Part shown: positions 36,401-46,983 of the stretch, piece after piece | How the letters are laid out: each line of letters opens with the position of its first letter | How positions within the stretch are numbered: position 1 is the first letter of the stretch | Source: Octopus bimaculoides | Lineage: Eukaryota | NCBI RefSeq assembly: GCF_001194135.2 | Contig: NC_068981.1 | Location: forward strand, 9,382,516-9,430,113 | Length of the DNA stretch: 47,598 nucleotides | Direction of reading: 5' to 3' | Position numbers and translations under genes: made by a program | Notes under the pieces: generated by a model | What the model saw: only the letters and a program-made list of their open reading frames with translations | Database searches by the model: none | Told to the model about the DNA's origin: nothing

Positions 36401-36429
36401 TCCTGGTATAAAGCTGTCTTCCTTTATAC

Positions 36430-37770
36430 CAGAGTTTCCCAACGTGAGGGATTTTCAACTGTTGAGTGAATGATGCGCAACCGAACAGAAAATGGTGGGT
36501 GATATAGAATTTTGAGTATTAAGATATTTTCACATATGCAACCCCAAAAAATATTCAAAGGAGATATGCAAAGAATCTGTATAAAAAAAAAAGAGGAAAA
36601 AAAAAAAAGAAACAAGAGGTTAATGGGGAAAAAATGGGCCACATTCCTGAATAAGAAATAAGTATCTTTGCAAACAGAGAATATTTTGGTATATACTACA
36701 ATTTTGAGAAGGATCATTAACATTTAAAGAATTCTTTGGATGAAATAACATTTTGTTTTTCAATATAAGTTAGATAAGGGAAGGCCACAAACAACTTTTG
36801 CCAATAAAATTAAGAAGTGACCTTGGGATAAACTTGCCAGCACCAAGTGATCACACAAAATTGATGCAGGCAATGAGCTAGGAAGGTATGGATGACAATG
36901 CCAGACAAAATATGAGAACTGCAAGATGGGACCGACCTGTTCACAGCTCAATGCACATGCTCATGTAAACAGACAGCCACATGAAGTTGCTGGATTGTAT
37001 TGATTGCCAAGTGATTGCAACACTCGTGTTTTTGCATTTGGGGAGTATAGAAAATGGATGTCGAGTAACAAAACTTTTTTCTGTATTGTACAATTTTTAA
37101 ACATTCCAATGTCTCCATTTACGAAAATTTGTTGTCAATACAGTAATAAAGGATTATTATTCTCGTCAGAATAGTCAATTGCCTATGTGTCTTATATGCA
37201 ACCAAACTTTAAGCAACAAAGCCATGAAGGCTTCATGTTTATAGTATCATTTATATTCCAAGCATCCTGACCTTTGTAATAATATTTCTTCAACCTTAAG
37301 ACCTAATTCGGAAAGTGGAAAACGATCTTGGGATTTCAGAAAGATAATAGGATGATTGTGTCATACAATATTGTGTTACTGGTTGCAAAGGCCGATAAGC
37401 CCCCCACTGTAGGAGACACATTACTTTGACCTGTTATTGAAGAAGTTCTTTTGACTGTCACGCATAAAAAGCCCGACAGAATTCTCAATACAATTCCACT
37501 TAGAAATAACACAATTTCTCAACGTATACATGAAATGGCCACTGATGTCAAACATGAACTCATCTATATTCTTTAGAGTTCTGAATTTTCCATGCAAGTT
37601 GACGAATCAACAGTTGTGGCACATCAATACTTAATGATGATGTATGTTCATTTTTGCACTGAAAATATTCAACTTTGTGAGGAGATGCTGTTCACTGATC
37701 AATTGCTACTTGACTCAAAAGGTACATTGAACAATATTGTGCATCTATTTGATGGAACACCTGCTATGGT
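36430..37770 (+). mobile_element. Buster/Charlie-type hAT transposon, 5' part
   Basis: Left TIR-like CAGAGTTTCCCAAC preceded by CTTTATAC (central TA); transposase remnants PMCLIC..LSNKAMK..L..H..SKH, VSYNIVLLVAK, IPLRNNTISQRI, FSMQVDEST, EEMLF. Confidence 0.88.
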
Positions 37771-38061
37771 AGGTAGGTGTGTGTGTGTGGGAGGGGGTAG
37801 AGTAATTGAGTTGACAAAATGGGGTGGGGGGGACGGGACAGCTACAAGGTTACTTGGAAAGGGGAGAGTGGGTGATGAATAGTCACAAAAATGGCAAGTG
37901 GTAAAAGAGTGTGATGGAATATCTATAATGGGTAACTTAGAGGAGAAGGAGAGATGATTGGCAAAACAAGAGGCTAAGAATGAAGTCAGAAGAGATAAAA
38001 GGACAATAACCTGTGTTCTTAGGATTCATGTTCATGCACGGAATTAAGTTCCTATTCACTG

Positions 38062-38294
38062 TAATGTGTCACCAATGCTTTACCCTCATCCATTAGCTCT
38101 GTTCCACTCCCATCATCATCATCGTTTAACGTCCGCTTTCCATGCTAGCATGGGTTGGACGACTTGACTGAGGACTGGTGAAACCGGAGTCAAGTCGTCC
38201 AACCCATGCTGGCATGGACAGCAGACGTTAAACGATGATGATGGGAGAGTGGAACAGAGCTAATGGATGAGGGTAAAGCATTGGTGACACATTA
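38062..38294. repeat. Foldback inverted repeat with ~108-bp arms and an 18-nt spacer
   Basis: 38062-38169 is the reverse complement of 38188-38294 apart from a few substitutions and a slip in the (CAT)n tract. Confidence 0.95.
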
Positions 38295-38329
38295 TGCTTA
38301 AATAACTAGGGATAGCCAAAGTAAGTGCA

Positions 38330-38980
38330 CCCCTGTATTGGATATCCCATCAGTCACTGCCTCACATTACTCCTTCACTGACATCTGTTTTAAGAAAATC
38401 AATGCAGCTAAACAAGGATTGTCTCCACTCGCATCTTGTCCTCTGAAAACTTCTCTTAACATACCCGATGGCAAGGTTCTAGGAGTTGATCATTCATCTA
38501 CCTTGGCTCTACATTCACTACCCTAGGCCAGAGTAAAGTTGAGATAGATATCCGCATCAGCTGCACAAGCAGTGTATCCTGTCTTCTTCAAGGCTGCAAG
38601 TGCACATTCACTGACTGCTTCTTTACACCATCCAGCAGTACAGCTGTAAGATGTGGTCAATAAGAGTGCACTTATTGCATTTGACTACTTTCACTGAACC
38701 CTCTGCATTTGCACATTGGATTTTTATGTCAAGCCTAAAGTTATGTAAACATAACTTTGATAGGTTTCGGCCAGTAAAAGCCCAGGACATGTCTAACTTA
38801 ATAGCGCCACCTGGTGAAGTCTTTTAGTCATATATGGGGCACCATGGCCCACTCTAGCAAACAGTTATTATTGTTGGAGACATATCCGGGTGTAGGAGGT
38901 TGGTCCAGGATATTTTGAAAAAGTTTCCCTTTTTGAAGACTGGAACGACAGACTGGGAAAGAATATGATCATGAATGTAG
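38330..38980 (+). mobile_element. RTE/BovB-like LINE C-terminal remnant
   Basis: Frameshifted VDH..YLGS...EIDIRIS-like motif. Confidence 0.6.
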
Positions 38981-38989
38981 CCTACATCA

Positions 38990-40080
38990 AGTGAGTTTCT
39001 CCAGAGCTTATTGGAACTTATCGGGACCTTCTACTGAGTTGTGCTTGATCTTATCTATTTCTGTTAGGATATCAGGTGCACCAAAAGTTATGTCAGATAT
39101 GGTTAGTAGAGGGTTTACATCACTGATACTAGCCAGATCAACCGCATTAGCGTTACTGAAGACAGAGCAGTATTGTCTCTGCAGTATCTCGCACATGGAT
39201 TTTGCATCATTATGTAGAGTGTTGTTCTCATCAACCAAAGGACCAACAGTGGAAACAGCGTCATTTTGGGATTGAGTTTTATTTTCTCAATGCCCCAATT
39301 CTCCTCAGCTGCTTTTTGTTTGTTAATGAAGGCCATCATGCTTTTTTGGAGGTTGTGTTTTTTTCGATTTGACTGATGCAATGGTAGTCAAATGGGTGCA
39401 TTGCTGCTGGCAGTATTTAAGTTGGTTGATTTTCTTGTTAATTCTTTTTATTTTTCTGATAATTGCTCTTCTATTTCTAGGGATTCTGCACTTAGATTTG
39501 TAGACTGATCTTAATGGAGTGTGTTTGGTGCATATATTTGTCACAGTATCTACAAATGTCTGCCATGATGTGTTTATGTTTAAGGGGGTGTGTGCGTGCG
39601 TGAAGGCCCAATCCACTTGTGAAAGATCAAGACTGATCGCATCCCAGTCTGTGTTATAAAGATGCATAGTGTCAAATGGAGGGGCTGGAGAGATGTCCCT
39701 GGATTTGATCTTTGGGTGGTAGAATCTCAGATTGCAGAGAACCATGTCATGGTCTGAGAGTAGTGGTGTTTTTTTCCACTGCAATATTGAGGATAGTGTC
39801 AGTGTGGTTACTGAACACTAGGTCCAAGGTGTTTTTGTGACACCTTGTTGGTTCACGAATAAGTTGGGTTAGGAAAAACTCTTCTATGAAATCAAAAAGC
39901 AATTCGATTGCTTCCTTATCAGGGGTTGAAGTGGAAAAACCTGATTTCAAGCTCTTTGTGAACCAATCAAAATAGCTGGTTTTTACTTGCATATGAGTTG
40001 ATTTAGTGTAAGTCCATATTGAAACTAAACCTTGTTAAAAGCTCCCAATAATTACAAGCAATTCTCTATCTTGTACGCCA
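38990..40080 (-). mobile_element. CR1-like LINE ORF2 fragment (APE endonuclease end plus linker)
   Basis: FLTQLIREPTR..NTLDLVFSN...LSDHDMV; EILQRQYCSVFS; IDKIKHNSVEGPDKF. Confidence 0.88.
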
Positions 40081-40619
40081 ATGTTCCAACACGTTTGCTG
40101 TTATATCAGAAATCTTTCATACTGCTTCCTTGACTACAAATATCTGTTGTTCATCTTCATCCATGTCCATCAACCACAAAGTATTATGTGCGACAGTTTT
40201 AGCTAACAAAACCCCCATCTTTTCTTCAAATGTAACTAACACTAAATTACAACAACCTGTTCTACAATCTTCAACACATCATAAGTGATATGAAAGTTGA
40301 AAAAAATAAATTCGTAGAAGGAAAAATTGTGCCATTTAACATTCAAAAACAACAAACTAACAAAGTAGGAGCTCTCTGAACTTTGCCCAGCTTCTTCTTA
40401 TTCTTGCAGCCACACTCAAGGAACATCCACCTCCACTATTGACTTCATCATCTAGACAACAAAACCTATCAACTACCTCTAGCTTACCTACCATGGCATT
40501 TGATGGAGTCTGTTTTCTGTACAAATTTATTGTTTATTGTACCGGTGCATATTTCACACACAAAAATTATTTTCCCAGTTAACCTTCCTCTGACATTGTT
40601 GTGTCCATAGCTTGCACTG

Positions 40620-40860
40620 GGTACATCTTATGGAATTTCTACCTAAGACTTTCCTACTGATTGAGCAGGGCCATCTACCTGAAGGTATTTGTAATTTGTC
40701 TGATTTCCTACTTACTAAGACTGTGGTTTTTTCTGTTACTAATCACCACAGTCCATTGTGATCGCTTTTGTGTGGTTCAGCATCTGGAGATCAATTTTCA
40801 ACACTTTTCCCAGGTCTCCCTGGACTTTCCGTTACCTGATGTTCCGTTAACTTTGAGTGT
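40620..40860 (-). mobile_element. RTE fragment
   Basis: Similar on the minus strand to the post-YADD segments of the other RTE copies (aaagtcttagtaagtaggaaatcagac). Confidence 0.55.
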
Positions 40861-41089
40861 TCAATATTTGTGTGTGAGAGAGAGAGAGTGTTTGTAATCC
40901 TGTCCCCAATAAAAATGTTTGGCAGTGGTTCAACATACAGACATGGAATAAAGTAGCTTACTTGGGAGAATAAAGGGTTGGCCTTTAGAAGTGCATCTGA
41001 TCATAGAATACTGCCCTAAGAAATCTTGTTTAGCCTATCCTCACTTGGAAAAACAAATCTAGGTTAAACTGAAACAGACATTATAAGCT

Positions 41090-42228
41090 GATGAGGTTTA
41101 TTTTATTAAATTTAGTTTGAAATGGCACAAAAATAATTAAAATGCACTCCTCAACATTCAATAGAGCATGTACACTCCAGTTTGTTTAGATTCAGCAAGT
41201 AAAACATTTCAATATGGCAGCTAACAGGTGAAGTGAGTTTGTAGCTCTCAAAAAAGCAAGACATAGCACCAAAGACTGGCTTCAAGGGTTGGTGTTGATC
41301 CCAAAACAGTCTATAATGTCATGAAATGCTAGAGAGACAGTTTCAATCAATAGCAAGCCCATTCCTGGTTGAAAATTATCCATAAGGACAAAACAAATGG
41401 TGGATGTTGTCCAAAAGAGAATGTTGTGAAATTTGCAGACAACCATGTGATGGGTTGTGCATGAAGACTTAAATTGTAAGTCATTAAGATTGCAACATCA
41501 ACACCTAATTTTGGCCACTTCCAAAGCAAAGCGACTGGACAGGTGACAATGTCTTCATCTAATTGGATGAAAATTTATTCACTGTGGAGGCTGTAGCAAA
41601 CACTGAGGTCGGATGTTGTTCTCAAAGGCGCCCATAAGGTGTTTTGCTGAATTAAACCTGCTAGAGTGATGGTTTGGGTATCAGTGCCATCTGATGGTGG
41701 AAAATCTCCCCTGGTGCATATTAAAGAGGGGATGAAAGTCAATTCAGCATGAAAATATTGGGGGGATAATGTTTTGCAATGGTTGACCAAAGCATTTGGA
41801 GATTATTACATGTTCATGCAAGACGCTGCTCCTTTTTATACATCTAATGTGACACAGCAATGATGCAGAGCCATTTCAGCAGGTTCTGGGACAAGAATGT
41901 GTGGCCCCCACCCTCCAGCCCAGACATCAACTCTGAGGACCTCGCTATTTGGTCCATTCTGATGTTTCAAGAGTTTCCTGTCCTGAAGAAAGCTTTTAGT
42001 TGCATCACAGGATTGTTTAAGTGAAGAAGTCATCCAGCATTCGTGTGACTCAGTTCTCGGCCATCTTTAGGCGATTGTCAAGGGTAATGGCAGACATATT
42101 GAATGAAACATATCTTAATATGTTACACGACCATATTTAATTAAATCCTAAACAACTTGTGTATTTTTATGCCCTTTACTAAAAATTATCACTAAAAAGC
42201 AATCAGGAATACTTTATGGCACACCCTG
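41090..42228 (+). mobile_element. Decayed Tc1/mariner-superfamily element, maT (DD37D)-like
   Basis: DENLFTVEAVAN, KPARVMVW, MQDAAP, WPPPSSPDINSEDLAIWSIL; right TIR-like end (reverse complement CAGGGTGTGCCATAAAGTATTCC). Confidence 0.8.
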
Positions 42229-42558
42229 TCATGTATTAGACAAACTGTTTCTTCTGCCTGCCTTTTAACTGATATTACAATAACCTTTGTTTCTTTCCTT
42301 CATTCAAAGCTTCCTCACACATTTACTTCTGCTGAGTCTCCATATCCTACGTTAAACATTTTCCCAACCATTTCCACTTTTGGAATTCCCTGGAGACATT
42401 AACCAAGGATTAACCACACCAATATCACCTGCCGAGAGGGCTGACAAAGGCAATGCACACTTTTTTTGATTAACTTATACAGAAAAACGTGACAAAAGCA
42501 CAAAAGAAAAGACAGTACATTTTCATATGAACGAAGAATATAAAGTAACATTACAAAC

Positions 42559-42660
42559 CTGAATATATAATGGATGTGGATGCTGGTGTTTACCAAATTC
42601 TTTGTTCATATCTTCAAGTTTTTCTTTGGTTAATCGAATGACATTTCGAATGTTTTTCAA
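42559..42660 (-). CDS. Raf: Raf BRS exon (equivalent to BRAF exon 2): LKNIRNVIRLTKEKLEDMNKEFGKHQHPHPLYIQ
   Basis: Poly-T tag acceptor and CAG|gtttgt donor; 102 bp, phase 0 to 0, same size as human BRAF exon 2; matches [32 protein letters not shown]. Confidence 0.94.
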
Positions 42661-42920
42661 CTAAAAAAAAAGAAAAAAAAAAACTTTTCAAATTTCATTC
42701 AGAAAAATCAAGATTTATTTTATCAAATTTCAAATGTCGATCATTAGCTGATCCCATAATTTTTGCTCGTTGTTGCTTCATAAAGTAAATTTGGAAATAT
42801 CAGAGGTAAGTATTCACAAATTAGGAAAAGAAATATATAACTTCGTTTTTGTGTTTCGTTTGCAAGATTCTTTATGTGAATTCGTGTCGAAACAAATTGT
42901 TGTAATGACTCCTTAGACAC

Positions 42921-43226
42921 NNNNNNNNNNNNNNNNNNNNNNNNNNNNNNNNNNNNNNNNNNNNNNNNNNNNNNNNNNNNNNNNNNNNNNNNNNNNNNNN
43001 NNNNNNNNNNNNNNNNNNNNNNNNNNNNNNNNNNNNNNNNNNNNNNNNNNNNNNNNNNNNNNNNNNNNNNNNNNNNNNNNNNNNNNNNNNNNNNNNNNNN
43101 NNNNNNNNNNNNNNNNNNNNNNNNNNNNNNNNNNNNNNNNNNNNNNNNNNNNNNNNNNNNNNNNNNNNNNNNNNNNNNNNNNNNNNNNNNNNNNNNNNNN
43201 NNNNNNNNNNNNNNNNNNNNNNNNNN
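42921..43226. other. Assembly gap
   Basis: Run of N. Confidence 1.
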
Positions 43227-43673
43227 TTTTTTTTTTTTTTTTTTTCTGTTTCATTCTTTATTGCAAATGTTTTCACGTCATCAAAGCTCTATTTCTTTTT
43301 ATTTTACCTTTACAATTTTTTAAAGGTGACAATCACGATATTTGCTATCAAGGACTTAATTTGATGTGCTTTTCTTTTATCTAAGTTATACGACAGCACA
43401 ATCAATACACGACTACTAGTTGCCAAATGGGGAGGGAGGCAACACTACGTAGGATTTTCCAATAACTTTGCAAATATAAGATAACTCCAAGTGATGCAAA
43501 CTGAAAGATTGTGGTTTATAGAGAAAAAATATTGCTTGAAGGATAAAAACATGTCTAATAGGCATCAAACATTTAAATTTATATTTTCTTTGTCTTTATT
43601 TTATTTTTTTTACCAATGACATAAAATTAGCTTTACATAAACATAGTATTTCCACTAAGAAGCGGATATTTAC

Positions 43674-43697
43674 CTCATGACTATATTTTGTTAAATC
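43674..43697 (-). CDS. Raf: Candidate Raf 24-nt micro-exon DLTKYSHE
   Basis: Long pyrimidine tract ttttcttttccccattttcgttag and GAG|gtaaat donor; phase 0 to 0; ends in E as BRAF exon 1 does. Confidence 0.6.
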
Positions 43698-43960
43698 CTA
43701 ACGAAAATGGGGAAAAGAAAGCAGAAAGCTCAAAATTAGAGGAGAATGTAGGTGATTCTATCAACATGTGAATAAGTAAAGGTATCAATAACTTACATAC
43801 AGACCATGCCTAGCTACACCAACGTATATTAGGAGAACACCCCCATACTTACACAGCGCGTTTAGACATACATCATATGAAAACATACATTAACACAGAC
43901 ACTGATTGAATACTAAAATGAAAGAGGGAAAATACACAAAGCTTTCAAATAAATAAATAC

Positions 43961-43981
43961 TTGATTGTCAGTAGTTGTCAT
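43961..43981 (-). CDS. Raf: Candidate Raf start exon A: MTTTDNQ
   Basis: AAAATG context, phase-0 donor CAA|gtattt (moderate), immediately downstream of the CpG-rich block. Confidence 0.35.
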
Positions 43982-43984
43982 TTT

Positions 43985-44700
43985 CTTAAGATTGTGAGGT
44001 GGTTGTAAGACGTTTCTTTGCGAATCAGTCGGGATATCCCAAATCAGTCGCCAATACAGAAACAGCAGCTCGCCATCATAAACTTACCAAGGTCAAGTAC
44101 AACGCTGGAGAGCACCTGCATCGAAGGGGAGATAATCAATGGAATTCTACCAGAAGAAAAAGGAGGACTCCAATCTTCCCCCCTTTCTAATAGTTTCCGA
44201 AGCAGCGACGATAGTCGAGAGAGGATAAAAATAAATAGGAAGGAAAAACCTACGAAAGAATGTTACTGGTCATGTCAATGTAACCTATACTCACCAGACT
44301 TTCCATATGGTATTAAAACAAATTTATAGTCAGATCTAATAATCAGAAGCCAAAGAAAAGGTTACTTCTTAAAAACTGATACACGATACCACAAAAAACA
44401 GGCATTTAATCCGGTTTCTATTTCGATATTAAACGTCGCGAGAGGACTTTACTTAGAAAGTTTCGGAAATTCAAAGAAAACTGATCAATTTCAACAAGGG
44501 TTGTTTTTCATGTTCCTTGTTGATTGCAGATATATTGTGCACACGCATGTGTGTGTGTGTACATATAGGCAGACTAGATTTGTATATATGTAAGTCGAGA
44601 CGGACGAGTAAATAAATAGAAAAATATTGTTGTATTTCGAAAGAGTCTGCAAATAAATTCATGCCAAGCAAATTTTAAAATCACATACACACACTATAGC
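43985..44700 (-). promoter_or_regulatory. CpG-retaining putative promoter / 5'UTR of Raf
   Basis: Visibly many CpGs (cgaatcagtcggg, gcagcgacgatagtcg, aacgtcgcg) against CpG-poor introns; strong donor TTG|gtaagt at 44087 could close a 5'UTR exon. Confidence 0.5.
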
Positions 44701-44949
44701 ATAGATCAAACAAAGAAATTACGCTTTTTGGTGCACTAAATTCCCAAGTATCCCCCTCTTTAAACACATACATACATATAGGTACGTATGTGTATGTATC
44801 GACATTAACAGATCTGTCAGTCTTTTTTTTTTTTTTTGGCAACGACAGTGGTGAACTACCTGCAGACTAAATTGGACTTCAAGTGGCCGAGACAATTGTC
44901 CCATGAAACGTAATTTTCAGGTGAAATCTGTGTGACACATTCTTTCATT

Positions 44950-45260
44950 CACGCTACACACACACACTCCACCACCGTCATCGTTTTAGCGACCACTTTC
45001 CAGGCTTCATGGATCAGACGGAACTCCGTGAGGCACAATAAGTGGCTGGATACCCTACATACTGATAACATTACCTAACACGGTAATATTTTCCCAAGGT
45101 CGGACGTATATTACGAAAGACTGAAAAACGAATAGCATCGCTTATATGACGGTGACGCTCTTTTACACATATCATGTATCACGTGATGACAAGACAAGGA
45201 AACAAACAGGTTCCTTTCACTTTCTGTCAGCCAGATCCATTTAGACTGAAGAAAGAGTAC
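44950..45260 (-). mobile_element. SINE body copy retaining CpGs
   Basis: Homologous to 8790-9010 and 32930-33140. Confidence 0.7.
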
Positions 45261-45399
45261 TCAATACCGGAATAGGGATTAATACTATTTTTATCTATGG
45301 GAAACTGATTATCTGATTATCTCATGTACACACAAACACCAAGGAAGCAGAAGACCGACTCTACATGTGTGTGTGTGTAGATAGCGGGGAACAAAGCTG

Positions 45400-46670
45400 C
45401 TGGAGTTTTGTGGTGCTCATGGCAAACTGGTCTGCAACATCAACTTCAGGAAACCTGCCAACCATCTGATCATTTATCAATCTGGTGGACGCACTAGCTA
45501 GATTAACAACATCCTGAGACACAGGGACAGGTGTTTGAGACTGCTAGGCAGTCTGAGAGAATTGAGATATTGTAGAAGAGAAGCGTGCATGGATGGAGGA
45601 TAATAGTATGCTTGCACTTAGTGATGTGAACAAGAAAGAGATATGGAAGAGTTATTATGCAAGGCCATTGGTAGTGGAGAATGAATGGGGTAAAGGGAGT
45701 CTCCAAGTGAACCCAACAGAGGAACCAGCTATCTTCGTGGACAGCAGTATGGTAGATAAGGCAATTAAAGACATGAAAACAAGTAAAGCCCCTGGTCCAT
45801 CTGGAGTCACTGCTGAAATGTTCAAAATATCTGGTAAGGTAGGATATGGGCCAATCACCTGCATAGTTAATCAGGTTATTCAGAAAAGCATACCCCCCCC
45901 CCAATGACTGGTGTAGTAGCATTATTGTTAGCTGCTGCAAGGGTAAGGAAGATGCCTTACATAGAAGCAATTCTAGAGGCATTAAATTACTGGACCAGGT
46001 AATGAAAATTACAGAGAGAGTTAATTAGGAACAAAATTAGGTGAGATTTGCCCTGGAGAGAAGTACTTAGCTAAAGATAAACCATTATACTTGGCATTTG
46101 TTAATCTAGAGAAAGCCTGTACAGAGATGCTGTCAGTAAGGTCAGAGTTAACCATGAATACAACAAAGAATTTGGTGTACAGGTAGGTGTTCATCAAGGC
46201 TCAGTCCTCAGTTCCCCCCCATCCTTTTCATCATTGTCCTCCAGGCCATAACAGAGGAATTCAAGACTGACAACCCTTGGGAACTACTATATGCTGATGA
46301 TCTTGCCCTCATAGCAGAACTAGAAAAGAAATTCCAGTTGTGGAAGCTAACCTGGAATCTAAGGGCCTTAAAGTTAACTAAGCAGAGACTAAAGTCTTAG
46401 TAAGCAAGAAAACAGACAGGACCCTAACCCTCCAGTTAAGTGGCCCTGCTGGATTTGAAGGAAAGGTGTAGGCATGAATTCCATATGGTGTACCCAGTGT
46501 AGACAAGAGGTGCAGCGGAATAATAAGGTTATCAAAGAAAGACGAGTCTGTATGTGGAAGATGCACAGCAGCCATAAAAAGTACAGCTGTTCAGGAAATT
46601 GATTTTCGTAAATGCCCCTGAGGCTCATTAGAGGTAGTAGATAATTTCTACTATTTAGGGGACCAAATGA
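45400..46670 (+). mobile_element. RTE LINE ORF2 remnant
   Basis: KKEIWKSYYARPLVVENEW, AIKDMKTSKAPGPSGVTAEMFK, GVHQGSVLSP, WELLYADDLAL. Confidence 0.9.
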
Positions 46671-46959
46671 ATTTAGTTTCTTTTTTTGCAAGGTAAACAA
46701 CAGAAAAAGAAAAAAAATCTTCAATGAAACAAGTTTTGAGAAAAGTACTAAAAAAAAAGTTAAATTACAAAAAGACAAACTCAATATTAAATTCCAAAAA
46801 AAAAAAATTAAAAAAAAAAAACTGTAGTTCAGTTCATGTAAACAATAAATATTTTGTTTGTAGTGAAAATTCAAAAATGACTGTTCTTTCTTCCAAGGAA
46901 TCTGGGGCTCTTAGCTTCCTTTTGCTGAAGTTGCAATGATAATTTGTAACTAGACTTAC

Positions 46960-46983
46960 ATTGTCTGTCTGCATGTTCAGCAT
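46960..46983 (-). CDS. Raf: Candidate Raf start exon B: MLNMQTDN
   Basis: In-frame ATGs with strong phase-0 donor AAT|gtaagt; CT-rich, CpG-containing block about 150-350 bp upstream. Confidence 0.3.

Larger units (their letters stand above)
1750..43697 (-). other. Raf: Raf (B-Raf-like) kinase gene span within the window; 3' exons (catalytic loop onward) lie beyond position 1
   Basis: GT-AG exons join in frame to give BRS-RBD-C1-CR2-kinase N-lobe. Intron phases match human BRAF at nearly every junction. Confidence 0.95.

Noticed and set aside
2043-38235. Recurrent near-identical ~40-bp motifs that could suggest a CRISPR-like array
   Set aside because: They are dispersed SINE tails in both orientations, irregularly spaced, in a eukaryotic intron context.
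42703-42805. + strand AG...CAGAG|gtaagt pseudo-exon
   Set aside because: Isolated, with no partner exon; GTAAGT is expected many times by chance in this composition.
44018-44329. 103-aa + strand ORF (MRISRDIPNQ...)
   Set aside because: No recognisable domain; overlaps the CpG-rich putative Raf promoter and is best explained as a chance ORF.
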